NCBI GenBank assembly: GCA_902582405.1
Contig: CACHSA010000003.1
Location: 22,779 to 86,778 of the forward strand
Source: an uncultured Bacteroidota bacterium
GTDB lineage: Bacteria > Bacteroidota > Bacteroidia > Flavobacteriales > Flavobacteriaceae
Reading direction: 5' to 3'
Length of the DNA stretch: 64,000 nt
Shown: positions 28,665 to 37,299 of the stretch, piece after piece
How the letters are laid out: each line of letters opens with the position of its first letter
Position numbering within the stretch: position 1 is the stretch's first letter
Position numbers and translations under genes: made by a program
Notes under the pieces: model-generated
Databases searched by the model: none
Seen by the model: only the letters and a program-made list of their open reading frames with translations
Told to the model about the DNA's origin: nothing

Positions 28665-29594
28665 TTAATTGTATGCAGCTATAATTTTCTTGACAAGTTT
28701 ATGTCTAATTACATCCTTCTCATCAAGATGTAAAATTTTGATACCACTAGTTTTTTTAAAAATATTAAGTGCTTCATTTAAGCCAGACTTAATTTTTTTA
28801 GGAAGGTCTACTTGGCCTGGGTCACCAGTTATAATAAATTTTGCTTCGGGGCCCATTCTGGTAAGAAACATTTTCATCTGGGAATGTGTGGCGTTTTGTG
28901 CTTCGTCTAAAATAACAAAAGCATTATTTAAGGTTCTTCCCCTCATAAATGCTAGAGGAGAAATTTGAATTATTCCTCTATCAAGATAAGAATGAAGTTT
29001 TTCAGTTGGAATCATATCATAAAGAGCATCATATAGAGGCTGAATATATGGGTCTAACTTATTTTTTATATCACCAGGTAAGAAGCCCAGATTTTCACCT
29101 GCCTCTACCGCAGGTCTAGTTAATATGATTCTTTTAATTTTTTTTTCTTTTAAAGCTTTTACTGCTAAAGCAACGCTAGTGTACGTTTTACCCGTACCGG
29201 CAGGACCTACTACAAATAACATATCATATTTGGTAGATAATTCCACAATTTTTAGTTGATTTTTGGTTTTAGCTCTTATTATTTTTCCTTTCACCCCATA
29301 TGTAATGATATCGTTTGCTTTAGAGATAAATTCAATACTTCTAGAATCTGAATTAAGTAATTCATCTAACACATTTTGGTTTAAATTATTATATTTTAGA
29401 AAATAGTTAATTAGGGCGTTAAATTTAACTTTAAAGTTTGTTAACTCTGATTTATTTCCATAAGCTTTAACAAAAGAACCCCTAAAAACTAATTTTAACT
29501 TAGGAAATGTTTCTTTAATTTTATTTAATGTTTGATCATTATCAAAAAAATTCTGTGGGTTAATTTCCTTTAATTCAATTTTTATCTCGTTCAA
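28665..29594 (-). CDS. phoH: PhoH-like ATPase
   Basis: Walker A GPAGTGKTY, Walker B FVILDEAQN, and GDPGQVDLP. Confidence 0.92.
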   Translation of the reverse strand: MNEIKIELKEINPQNFFDNDQTLNKIKETFPKLKLVFRGSFVKAYGNKSELTNFKVKFNALINYFLKYNNLNQNVLDELLNSDSRSIEFISKANDIITYGVKGKIIRAKTKNQLKIVELSTKYDMLFVVGPAGTGKTYTSVALAVKALKEKKIKRIILTRPAVEAGENLGFLPGDIKNKLDPYIQPLYDALYDMIPTEKLHSYLDRGIIQISPLAFMRGRTLNNAFVILDEAQNATHSQMKMFLTRMGPEAKFIITGDPGQVDLPKKIKSGLNEALNIFKKTSGIKILHLDEKDVIRHKLVKKIIAAYN

Positions 29595-29681
29595 TTAAAA
29601 TAAATATTTTTTTAGTATTTGTAAGTTTGTAAGCAAATTAACATTTTTAATAACAAAAATGAATTTTAAAATAAATTCTTT

Positions 29682-30512
29682 ATGCCTGTTATAACGTTAA
29701 CAACTGATTTTGGTCTTAGAGACTATTTTGTTTCTATAATTAAAGCTTCGATTTACAGAGAAATTCCTAATGCTAAGATTATAGATATATCAAATTCAGT
29801 AAGTCCCTTTAACCACTCTGAAGCTGCTTATGTATTGAAAAATGCATATTATGTTTTTCCAAAAAACTCTATTCATATTGTTGGAGTTGATTCAGAATAT
29901 TCTCCTGAAAATAAACATTTGTTAATGAGCTTTGATGGACATTATTTTATTGGTGCTGATAATGGAATCTTTTCACTTCTACTAGAAGGGAGAAATTATG
30001 ATAAACTAGTAGAAATTAACATTCACGATGTTTCTATAAGTTCATTTCCAGTATTCGATATATTTGTTAAAGTCGCTGGGCATCTCAGCAGGAAAGGAAA
30101 TATGCAAGTTGTTGGAGTTAAAACAAATAAACTGAAAGAAATAACCAATGTCAATCCAGTACTTAATCAGTCAAAAAATCAATTGCTTGGGAGTGTAATT
30201 TATATTGATAACTTTGGAAATGTAGTTATCAATATCAAAAAAAAATATTTTACAGAAGTTCAAAAATCCAGAGATTTTGTGATCTATGCTAACAGCATTA
30301 AATTTTATAAAATATTTAATTCTTATTCTGAGGCAATTGATTTTAATTCTCCCAAAAACAAAAGAGAAGAAGAGGGGAAAAAAATCGCAATTTGGAATTC
30401 TGCAGGATATCTAGAATTAGCAATTTACAAGAGCAATCCTACTAAAGTAGGAAGTGCACATAGTTTGTTTGGTCTGGAATTTAGAGCCCAAATAAGAGTT
30501 GAGTTTTTTTAA
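29682..30512 (+). CDS. SAM hydroxide adenosyltransferase family protein (DUF62)
   Basis: The N-terminus ITLTTDFGLRDYFV, then VGVDSE and IDNFGN, are typical of the DUF62/SalL-like family. Confidence 0.82.
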   Translation: MPVITLTTDFGLRDYFVSIIKASIYREIPNAKIIDISNSVSPFNHSEAAYVLKNAYYVFPKNSIHIVGVDSEYSPENKHLLMSFDGHYFIGADNGIFSLLLEGRNYDKLVEINIHDVSISSFPVFDIFVKVAGHLSRKGNMQVVGVKTNKLKEITNVNPVLNQSKNQLLGSVIYIDNFGNVVINIKKKYFTEVQKSRDFVIYANSIKFYKIFNSYSEAIDFNSPKNKREEEGKKIAIWNSAGYLELAIYKSNPTKVGSAHSLFGLEFRAQIRVEFF

Positions 30513-30648
30513 ATTCCAAATTATTAATTTACTCTTTTTAATATAAACAGCTATTTTTTTGATATCAAAAAAATCAGTAGATAATTTTTGATAAATATAC
30601 TTCATTTTATTTTTGATTTAGACTTATATTTGATTATAATTTAATTCA

Positions 30649-31770
30649 ATGAAGTTTATTGTTTCTAGTCAAGTTCTACTAAAAAAACTACAGATACTTC
30701 TTGGTGTAGTAAATTCTTCAAATTCATTGCCTATTTTGGATAATTTTTTATTTCAAATAAATAAAAATTCTTTAAAGATAACTTCTTCTGATTTAGAAAC
30801 AACCATGTCGACAACTATTGAAATTGAAACAGAGAGTTCTGGAGAAATAGCTGTACCAGCAAAATTAATTGTTGATGCTCTTAAAAATTTTCCAGATCAA
30901 CCCTTAACATTTACAATCCAAACTGAAAATATTATAGAAATCAACGCTAATGACGGTAAATATAGTATTTCATATTTACCTGCAGAAGAATTTCCTAAAC
31001 CAATAGAAATAAAAGACTCTAAACTAACAACGTTGAAAGGTGAGATCATTTCTAAAGCTATAAATTCAACTATTTTTGCTACTGGTAATGATGACTTTAG
31101 GCCTGTGATGAGTGGAGTTTTTTTTCAATTTAGTAGTGAAAAAATTATTTTTGTAGGTACTGATGCCCACAAATTGGTAAGATATGTTAGGGAGGACGTC
31201 GTCTCAACTGGGACCTCTGAATTTATTATGCCAAAGAAGGCACTACAAGTTTTAAAATCAGTATTGATCGACTTTGAAAAGGACATTTCCATTGAATTTA
31301 ATGAAACAAATGCAAAGTTTACATTTGAAAACTACAGTCTTAGCTGTAAATTGATAGAGGGGAAATATCCAAATTATGAGGCCGTTATTCCAAAAGAAAA
31401 TCCAAATAAACTAATAATTGACAGAGTTTTACTTCTAAATTCTGTGAAGAGAGTGGGTATTTTTTCAAATAAAAGCACTAATCAAATTAAATTTAAAATT
31501 GCTGGATCTGAACTAAACATTTCTGCAGAAGATTATGATTTTAATAATAAAGCGGAAGAAAGAATTAACTGTAATTATAATGGTGATGATATTGAAATTG
31601 GTTTTAATTCAAGATTTATAGTTGATATGCTAAATAATTTGGATTGCAAAGAAATTTGTTTATCCATGTCTCTGCCAAATAAGGCTGGAATCATTACACC
31701 ATATGATAAACAAAAAAACAAAGAAGATATTACAATGTTAATTATGCCTGTAATGCTAAATACTGATTAA
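30649..31770 (+). CDS. dnaN: DNA polymerase III beta sliding clamp
   Basis: MKFIVSSQVLLKKLQ..., TDAHKL, EGKYPNY and IMPVML. 373 aa with a three-domain clamp. Confidence 0.95.
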   Translation: MKFIVSSQVLLKKLQILLGVVNSSNSLPILDNFLFQINKNSLKITSSDLETTMSTTIEIETESSGEIAVPAKLIVDALKNFPDQPLTFTIQTENIIEINANDGKYSISYLPAEEFPKPIEIKDSKLTTLKGEIISKAINSTIFATGNDDFRPVMSGVFFQFSSEKIIFVGTDAHKLVRYVREDVVSTGTSEFIMPKKALQVLKSVLIDFEKDISIEFNETNAKFTFENYSLSCKLIEGKYPNYEAVIPKENPNKLIIDRVLLLNSVKRVGIFSNKSTNQIKFKIAGSELNISAEDYDFNNKAEERINCNYNGDDIEIGFNSRFIVDMLNNLDCKEICLSMSLPNKAGIITPYDKQKNKEDITMLIMPVMLNTD

Positions 31771-33017
31771 AGTGTCGGAATAGCTTCTGACATTAATTTA
31801 TATTTACCGTTATTTAGTTTTTCTCTAATTGAAGAAAATGCCTCAAGAGTAACTTCAATATCTTTAATAGTGTGAGAGGCAGTTGGAATTAGTCTTAACA
31901 ATATTAACCCCTTTGGAATAACTGGATAAACAACTATCGAGCAAAATATTCCATATTTTTCTCTTAAATCTTTAACCAATACCATTGCTTCAGGAATACT
32001 TCCTTTTAAATAAACAGGTGTAACACAGCTTTGGGTGTTACCTATATCAAAACCGCGGTTTTTTAAACCTTCCTGCAGAGAAGAAACATTTTTCCACAAT
32101 TTTTCTCTAAACTCTGGTTTTGACTTCATCATTTCTATCCTTTTGATGATTCCATAAACCAAAACGCTTTGTAAGGACTTTGCAAACATTTGAGAGCGCA
32201 TGTTATATTTTAGAAAATCAATAACTTCTTTGGAACCAGCAATAAAAGCTCCTGTTGAAGCGATTGACTTAGCAAAGGTTGCGAAATATATATCAATTTC
32301 ATTTTGAATTCCTTGCTCATCTCCTGTTCCAGAACCATTTTTTCCAAGTGTCCCAAAACCATGTGCATCATCAACCAAAAATCTAAATTTATATTTTTCT
32401 TTTAATTTTACTATTTCTTTAAGTTTACCCTGTTCACCTCTCATTCCAAATACACCTTCAGATATCACCAATATACCACCATCAGTATTTTTTGCAACCT
32501 TAGATGCTCTAATAAGGTTTTTTTCTAAACTTTCAATATCATTATGCTTATAAGTAAAACGCTTTCCTAAATGTAGCCTTACTCCGTCAATGATGCATGC
32601 ATGTGAATCAGTATCATAAACTATTACATCATTTTTAGAAACCAATGTATCAATAGTAGATAATATACCCTGGTAACCAAAATTTAATGCGTACGCAGAT
32701 TCTTTATTTACTAAATCGGCAACTATTTTTTCCAACTTTTCGTGTAAATCAGTATGGCCAGACATCATTCTTGCACCCATTGGATGCGCAGAACCAAATT
32801 TGATAGCTGCTTTAGAGTCTATATCTCTTACCTCAGGGTTATTTGCAAGACCTAAATAATCATTAACACTCCATGTAATGACTTCCTTGCCATTAAATAC
32901 CATTCTATTTGAAATAGGTCCTTCCAATTTTGGAAAAACAAAGTATCCTTCTGCAATTGAAGCCCATTTTCCCAAGGGCCCTTTATTTTCTGTAATTCTT
33001 TGAAATAAATCTTTCAT
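31767..33017 (-). CDS. Alpha-oxoamine synthase family PLP enzyme (SPT / cysteate-fatty-acyltransferase / KBL-like; substrate unresolved)
   Basis: NDYLGLANNPEV, DDAHGFG, and the PLP-lysine motif ATFAKSIAS, which is closer to the SPT-type TFSKS than to the Kbl-type TLGKA. 416 aa. Confidence 0.85.
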   Translation of the reverse strand: MKDLFQRITENKGPLGKWASIAEGYFVFPKLEGPISNRMVFNGKEVITWSVNDYLGLANNPEVRDIDSKAAIKFGSAHPMGARMMSGHTDLHEKLEKIVADLVNKESAYALNFGYQGILSTIDTLVSKNDVIVYDTDSHACIIDGVRLHLGKRFTYKHNDIESLEKNLIRASKVAKNTDGGILVISEGVFGMRGEQGKLKEIVKLKEKYKFRFLVDDAHGFGTLGKNGSGTGDEQGIQNEIDIYFATFAKSIASTGAFIAGSKEVIDFLKYNMRSQMFAKSLQSVLVYGIIKRIEMMKSKPEFREKLWKNVSSLQEGLKNRGFDIGNTQSCVTPVYLKGSIPEAMVLVKDLREKYGIFCSIVVYPVIPKGLILLRLIPTASHTIKDIEVTLEAFSSIREKLNNGKYKLMSEAIPTL

Positions 33018-33048
33018 CTAAATATATTTTACTAATTTATCTTAATTA

Positions 33049-34086
33049 TTATATATATTCAACCTTGGACTGTTTTTCAAAAAGATTGAAATGACTAAAA
33101 CCCTGCTCTAACATCCACTTTTCATTGTAAATTTTACTAAGATATCTCGAGCCATGATCCGGAAAAATAACAACTACCTTGTCTTTAGAGGAAAACTTAT
33201 TTTTCTTATTAAGTAACCTTACTGCTTCAAAGGCTGCACCTGATGTGTAACCAACAAATATACCCTCTTCTTTGGTGATGCTTCGAGCCATATAAGCACT
33301 TTTTTCATCTGTTACTTTTACAAATTCATCAATCAACTCAAAATTTGTTGTACTAGGTATATGGTTTTTTCCTAAACCTTCTATTCTATAAGGATATATC
33401 TCATTAGGATCTAATTCATTGGTTTCGTGATATTTTTTTAAAACAGAACCATATGCATCAACACCGATTATTTTTATTGAAGGATTCATTTTTTTTAAAT
33501 ATCTGGCACAACCTGAAATAGTACCACCAGTCCCGCTGCAAGCTACCAAGTGGGTAATATTTCCCTCGGTCTGTTTCCAAATTTCAGGCCCAGTAGTTTG
33601 ATAATGAGCTTGAACATTTAATTCGTTAAAATATTGATTTATATAAATGGAATTTTTAGTTTCAATTAATAATTTTTTAGCAATTTGATGATACGATCTT
33701 GGGTCGTCAGCTTTAACATTAGCGGGACATACGTATACTTCAGCTCCCAAAGCTCTTAACATGTTAATTTTGTCATTTGAGCATTTTGAGTTGACTGCTA
33801 AGACACATTTATAACCTTTAATTATTGCTACCATTGCTAAACTAAAACCAGTATTACCAGAAGTGGTTTCAATTATAGTTGACTCCTTATCAATCTTTCC
33901 TTGTTTTTCCAAATCCTCAATAATATACAAGGCAATTCTATCTTTATTTGAATGCCCTGGGTTAAACGCTTCCCATTTAGCATAATAATCTCCTTTATAA
34001 TTTGAAGTGATTTTGTTTAATTTAATTAAAGGTGTTTTTCCTATAAGCTTGAGCAAATTAGGATAAATGTCAAGATTTGAATTCAT
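33049..34086 (-). CDS. Cystathionine-beta-synthase-like / cysteine-synthase-fold PLP enzyme (no CBS regulatory domains)
   Basis: GKTPLIKL, PLP-Lys in NPGHSNKDR, TSGNTG, SGTGGTISG, and YRIEGLGKN. Confidence 0.85.
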   Translation of the reverse strand: MNSNLDIYPNLLKLIGKTPLIKLNKITSNYKGDYYAKWEAFNPGHSNKDRIALYIIEDLEKQGKIDKESTIIETTSGNTGFSLAMVAIIKGYKCVLAVNSKCSNDKINMLRALGAEVYVCPANVKADDPRSYHQIAKKLLIETKNSIYINQYFNELNVQAHYQTTGPEIWKQTEGNITHLVACSGTGGTISGCARYLKKMNPSIKIIGVDAYGSVLKKYHETNELDPNEIYPYRIEGLGKNHIPSTTNFELIDEFVKVTDEKSAYMARSITKEEGIFVGYTSGAAFEAVRLLNKKNKFSSKDKVVVIFPDHGSRYLSKIYNEKWMLEQGFSHFNLFEKQSKVEYI

Positions 34087-34122
34087 TTTAAACGGTTTTG
34101 AACCGGTGCAAATTTAAATAAT

Positions 34123-36264
34123 TTATTTTTGGTTCTCAAGTCCTAAAAGAAATGCATACTTCTTTGAGGTTTCTTTGAGAGAATTAAATCTTCCTGAAGA
34201 ACCGCCATGCCCAGCTTCCATATTTGTGTCAAGGTAAATTATGTTGTCATTATTTGATTTGAGTCTTAGCCTTGCAACCCATTTAGCAGGTTCCCAATAT
34301 TGAACCTGAGAATCATGTAAACCTGAGGTTATTAGCAAATTTGGATATGATTGTTTTTTAATATTATCATAAGGAGAATAAGATTTTATGTAGTCGTAAT
34401 ATTTTTTGTTTTTTGGGTTACCCCATTCGTCAAATTCTCCAGTTGTTAAAGGAATACTTTCATCTAGCATTGTTGTAACAACATCAACAAATGGGACTGC
34501 AGCAATAATTCCATTGTACAAATGTGGAGCTTCATTAGCAATAAAACCCATAAGCAAACCACCAGCAGAGCCCCCATAAGCATATAAATGCTTAGAAGAT
34601 GTATATTTTTGATTAATTAAATAATTTGAAACATCAATAAAATCAAAAAACGTATTTTTTTTATTAAGCATTTTACCATCATCATACCAGCTTCTTCCTA
34701 AATACTCGCTTCCTCTAATATGGGCAATAGCGTAAATAAAACCCCTATCAACCAAACTTAAGATATTAGAAGAAAAAGATGGATCTATTGTAGATCCGTA
34801 TGATCCATAACCGTATTGTAATATTGGGGTTTTGGAATTAATTTCAATATTTTTTTTATGTAAGATTGAAACAGGTATTTTTTTACCGTCTCTAGAATCG
34901 ACCCAAATTCTTTTTGAAGTATAATTATTTACATCAAAATTACCTTGAATTATTTGCTCTTTGAGTACCTCCTTTTTTAGAGTATTCATATCAATTTGAA
35001 TAACCTGACTTGGCTGAGTCATAGAAGAAAAAACATATCGCAAATAATTTGTATCAAACTCTAGGTTGGTTGAGGTATAACTTGTATAAGTTTCGCTATC
35101 CATATCTATTTCTATTTTATTTGAATCTTTCCAGTTTCTAATAAATATTTTGGTAAGTCCATTTACTCTTTCTGTAGTTACCCAAAAATTTTTGAATAAA
35201 TCAATATCTTCTAAAAGAACCTCCTCCCTATGAGGTAAAAAAGTTTTCCAATTCTCCTTTGAAGGATTTGATATTGGAACAACATCGATTTTAAAGTTTT
35301 TGGCATTATCTGCATTGGAGTATATGAAGAAATTGTCTTTAAAATGTGAAACACTATATTCTAACCCCTCTGTTCTTTTTTGAACCAGTTTAAAGTCACC
35401 GAGAGGTTTACGAGCATCTAAAAACCGATATTCAGAAGTTAGAGTACTAAATGAACCTATCAAAATATAAGAATCCGATTTTGATTTACTCACAAAAGTA
35501 CTATACGTAGAATCTTTTTCAAAGTAAATCAGTGTGTCCGAATCTTTTCCTTGAATAATTGATTGTCTAAAAACACTCTCTGATCTTAATGTTTTTGGAT
35601 TCTTTTTAGTATAAAAAACGTGTTCATTGTCATTAGCCCATATACCATACCCGGTAGTATTTTCTATATGTGTGCTTAATAACTCTCCAGATCTAAGATC
35701 TTTTACCATAAGAGTATATTTTCGCCTTGATAAAGTATCAACACCAAATACAGCTTTTTTATTGTCAGGGCTTATATTGATTCCAACTAGCTTAAAATAG
35801 TCATGGCCATTTGCAAGTTCATTGCAATCAAATAGAATTTCTTCTGTTGCAGATAAGTTTTCTTTTTTTCTAGTGTAAATAGGGTATTGTTTGTCTTTTT
35901 CATAGCGGGTAATATACCAATATCCATTGTAGAAATATGGAGCAGAAGAATCATCTTCTTTTATTCTACTTCTCATTTCAGAGAATAATTGATCTTCTAA
36001 ACTTTTTAAATGTCTTGTTGATTTTTTATAATAGTCATTTTCCCTTTCGAGATAATCTCTAACTTCTGGATCATCTGGGTTATTTAGCCAATAAAATTCA
36101 TCAATCCTGATATCATTATGGATTTTATGCTTATGCAGCTTTATTTTGGGTTTTGGAGTTTCAAATTGATTTTTATGATTCATTATTTTTTTTTCAGCAC
36201 AACTGAATAATAAAATTAAAAATATAAAGGCTGCAATATTATAAATTCTATTATCCATTAGCAA
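34123..36264 (-). CDS. ptrB: Oligopeptidase B / prolyl oligopeptidase family S9A serine protease (lipoprotein signal)
   Basis: Signal/lipobox FIFLILLFSC, a beta-propeller region, the nucleophile elbow GGSAGGLL, and the late D/H pair (GLHDSQV, AGHGG). Confidence 0.87.
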   Translation of the reverse strand: MLMDNRIYNIAAFIFLILLFSCAEKKIMNHKNQFETPKPKIKLHKHKIHNDIRIDEFYWLNNPDDPEVRDYLERENDYYKKSTRHLKSLEDQLFSEMRSRIKEDDSSAPYFYNGYWYITRYEKDKQYPIYTRKKENLSATEEILFDCNELANGHDYFKLVGINISPDNKKAVFGVDTLSRRKYTLMVKDLRSGELLSTHIENTTGYGIWANDNEHVFYTKKNPKTLRSESVFRQSIIQGKDSDTLIYFEKDSTYSTFVSKSKSDSYILIGSFSTLTSEYRFLDARKPLGDFKLVQKRTEGLEYSVSHFKDNFFIYSNADNAKNFKIDVVPISNPSKENWKTFLPHREEVLLEDIDLFKNFWVTTERVNGLTKIFIRNWKDSNKIEIDMDSETYTSYTSTNLEFDTNYLRYVFSSMTQPSQVIQIDMNTLKKEVLKEQIIQGNFDVNNYTSKRIWVDSRDGKKIPVSILHKKNIEINSKTPILQYGYGSYGSTIDPSFSSNILSLVDRGFIYAIAHIRGSEYLGRSWYDDGKMLNKKNTFFDFIDVSNYLINQKYTSSKHLYAYGGSAGGLLMGFIANEAPHLYNGIIAAVPFVDVVTTMLDESIPLTTGEFDEWGNPKNKKYYDYIKSYSPYDNIKKQSYPNLLITSGLHDSQVQYWEPAKWVARLRLKSNNDNIIYLDTNMEAGHGGSSGRFNSLKETSKKYAFLLGLENQK

Positions 36265-36270
36265 TTCAGA

Positions 36271-37299
36271 TTACCATAACTTTTTAAGTGATTCCAAAAC
36301 ATACTCGTGTTGTTTTAGATTATAATCCCTATGAGTTACCATTCTTAGCTTTTTATTATCCATGCTTATAATTTTTATTTTCGAATTGTTCATATTTTTA
36401 ATGAAATTATTTTTTAAATTTTTGTTTTCAAATTCAAAAATTATAATATTAGTTTCAACTGGATAAATTTTTTTTATTCCCCTTACTTTTATTAGTATTT
36501 TGGACAATTCTTTTGCTTTTCTGTGATCTTCTTTTAATTTTTCCCAGTTATTTTCAATACCATAAATTGCTGCAGCTGCAAGATAACCTGATTGCCTCAT
36601 CCCACCACCTAAAATTTTTCTGATTCTAAGTGCTTTTTCATAATTTTTTTTCGAACAAATAAGTGCAGACCCAACAGGTGCTCCCAAACCCTTGCTGAAA
36701 CAAACTGAAATTGTATCGAATAGTTCACCATAGTCGGAGGGCTTTGAGTCTGTTGCAATCATAGCATTCCACAATCTTGCTCCATCTAAATGAATTGGAA
36801 AGCCGTGTTGATTACAAACTTTGCTTATTTTTTTTAATTCACTTATATCGTAACATGCCCCCCCACCCTTATTTGTGGTATTTTCAATTGAGACGAGTGA
36901 TGTTCTTGGTGAGTGATAAAAATCACTTGGATTTATTTTTTCCTCAACTTGTTCAGCTTTAATTCTACCTCTATCTCCTTCAATTAAAGAACAGGAAACC
37001 CCACTATTAAAACTTACACCACCACCTTCATAATTAAAAATATGAGAAAAATGATCACATATTAATTGATCCCCTGGCTGCGTATGAATTTTGATAGCAG
37101 TTTGATTTGCCATAGTTCCAGAAGGAAAATAAAGTGCAGATTCTTTACCAAATAATTTACACATCATTAACTCTAGTTTGTTTACGGTTGGATCTTCCTT
37201 AAAAACGTCATCTCCTACATCTGCATTTAACATGTAGTCGATCATTTCGCTGTCTGGTTTTGTGACTGTATCACTTATTAAATTAACAAAAGTTTTCAT
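36271..37299 (-). CDS. ltaE: Low-specificity L-threonine aldolase
   Basis: SDTVTKP, GTMANQ, HLDGARLWNA, and the PLP-Lys motif CFSKGLGAPVGS. Confidence 0.87.
   Translation of the reverse strand: MKTFVNLISDTVTKPDSEMIDYMLNADVGDDVFKEDPTVNKLELMMCKLFGKESALYFPSGTMANQTAIKIHTQPGDQLICDHFSHIFNYEGGGVSFNSGVSCSLIEGDRGRIKAEQVEEKINPSDFYHSPRTSLVSIENTTNKGGGACYDISELKKISKVCNQHGFPIHLDGARLWNAMIATDSKPSDYGELFDTISVCFSKGLGAPVGSALICSKKNYEKALRIRKILGGGMRQSGYLAAAAIYGIENNWEKLKEDHRKAKELSKILIKVRGIKKIYPVETNIIIFEFENKNLKNNFIKNMNNSKIKIISMDNKKLRMVTHRDYNLKQHEYVLESLKKLW

Noticed and set aside
30513-30648. Possible replication origin or DnaA-box cluster upstream of dnaN. The region includes a 20-bp palindrome, TTTTTTTGATATCAAAAAAA (30554-30573).
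   Set aside because: I could not find any TTATCCACA-like DnaA boxes in the spacer, and there is no adjacent dnaA. The palindrome is A/T-only apart from its GATATC core, so it would form a very weak hairpin. It is most simply AT-rich promoter DNA.
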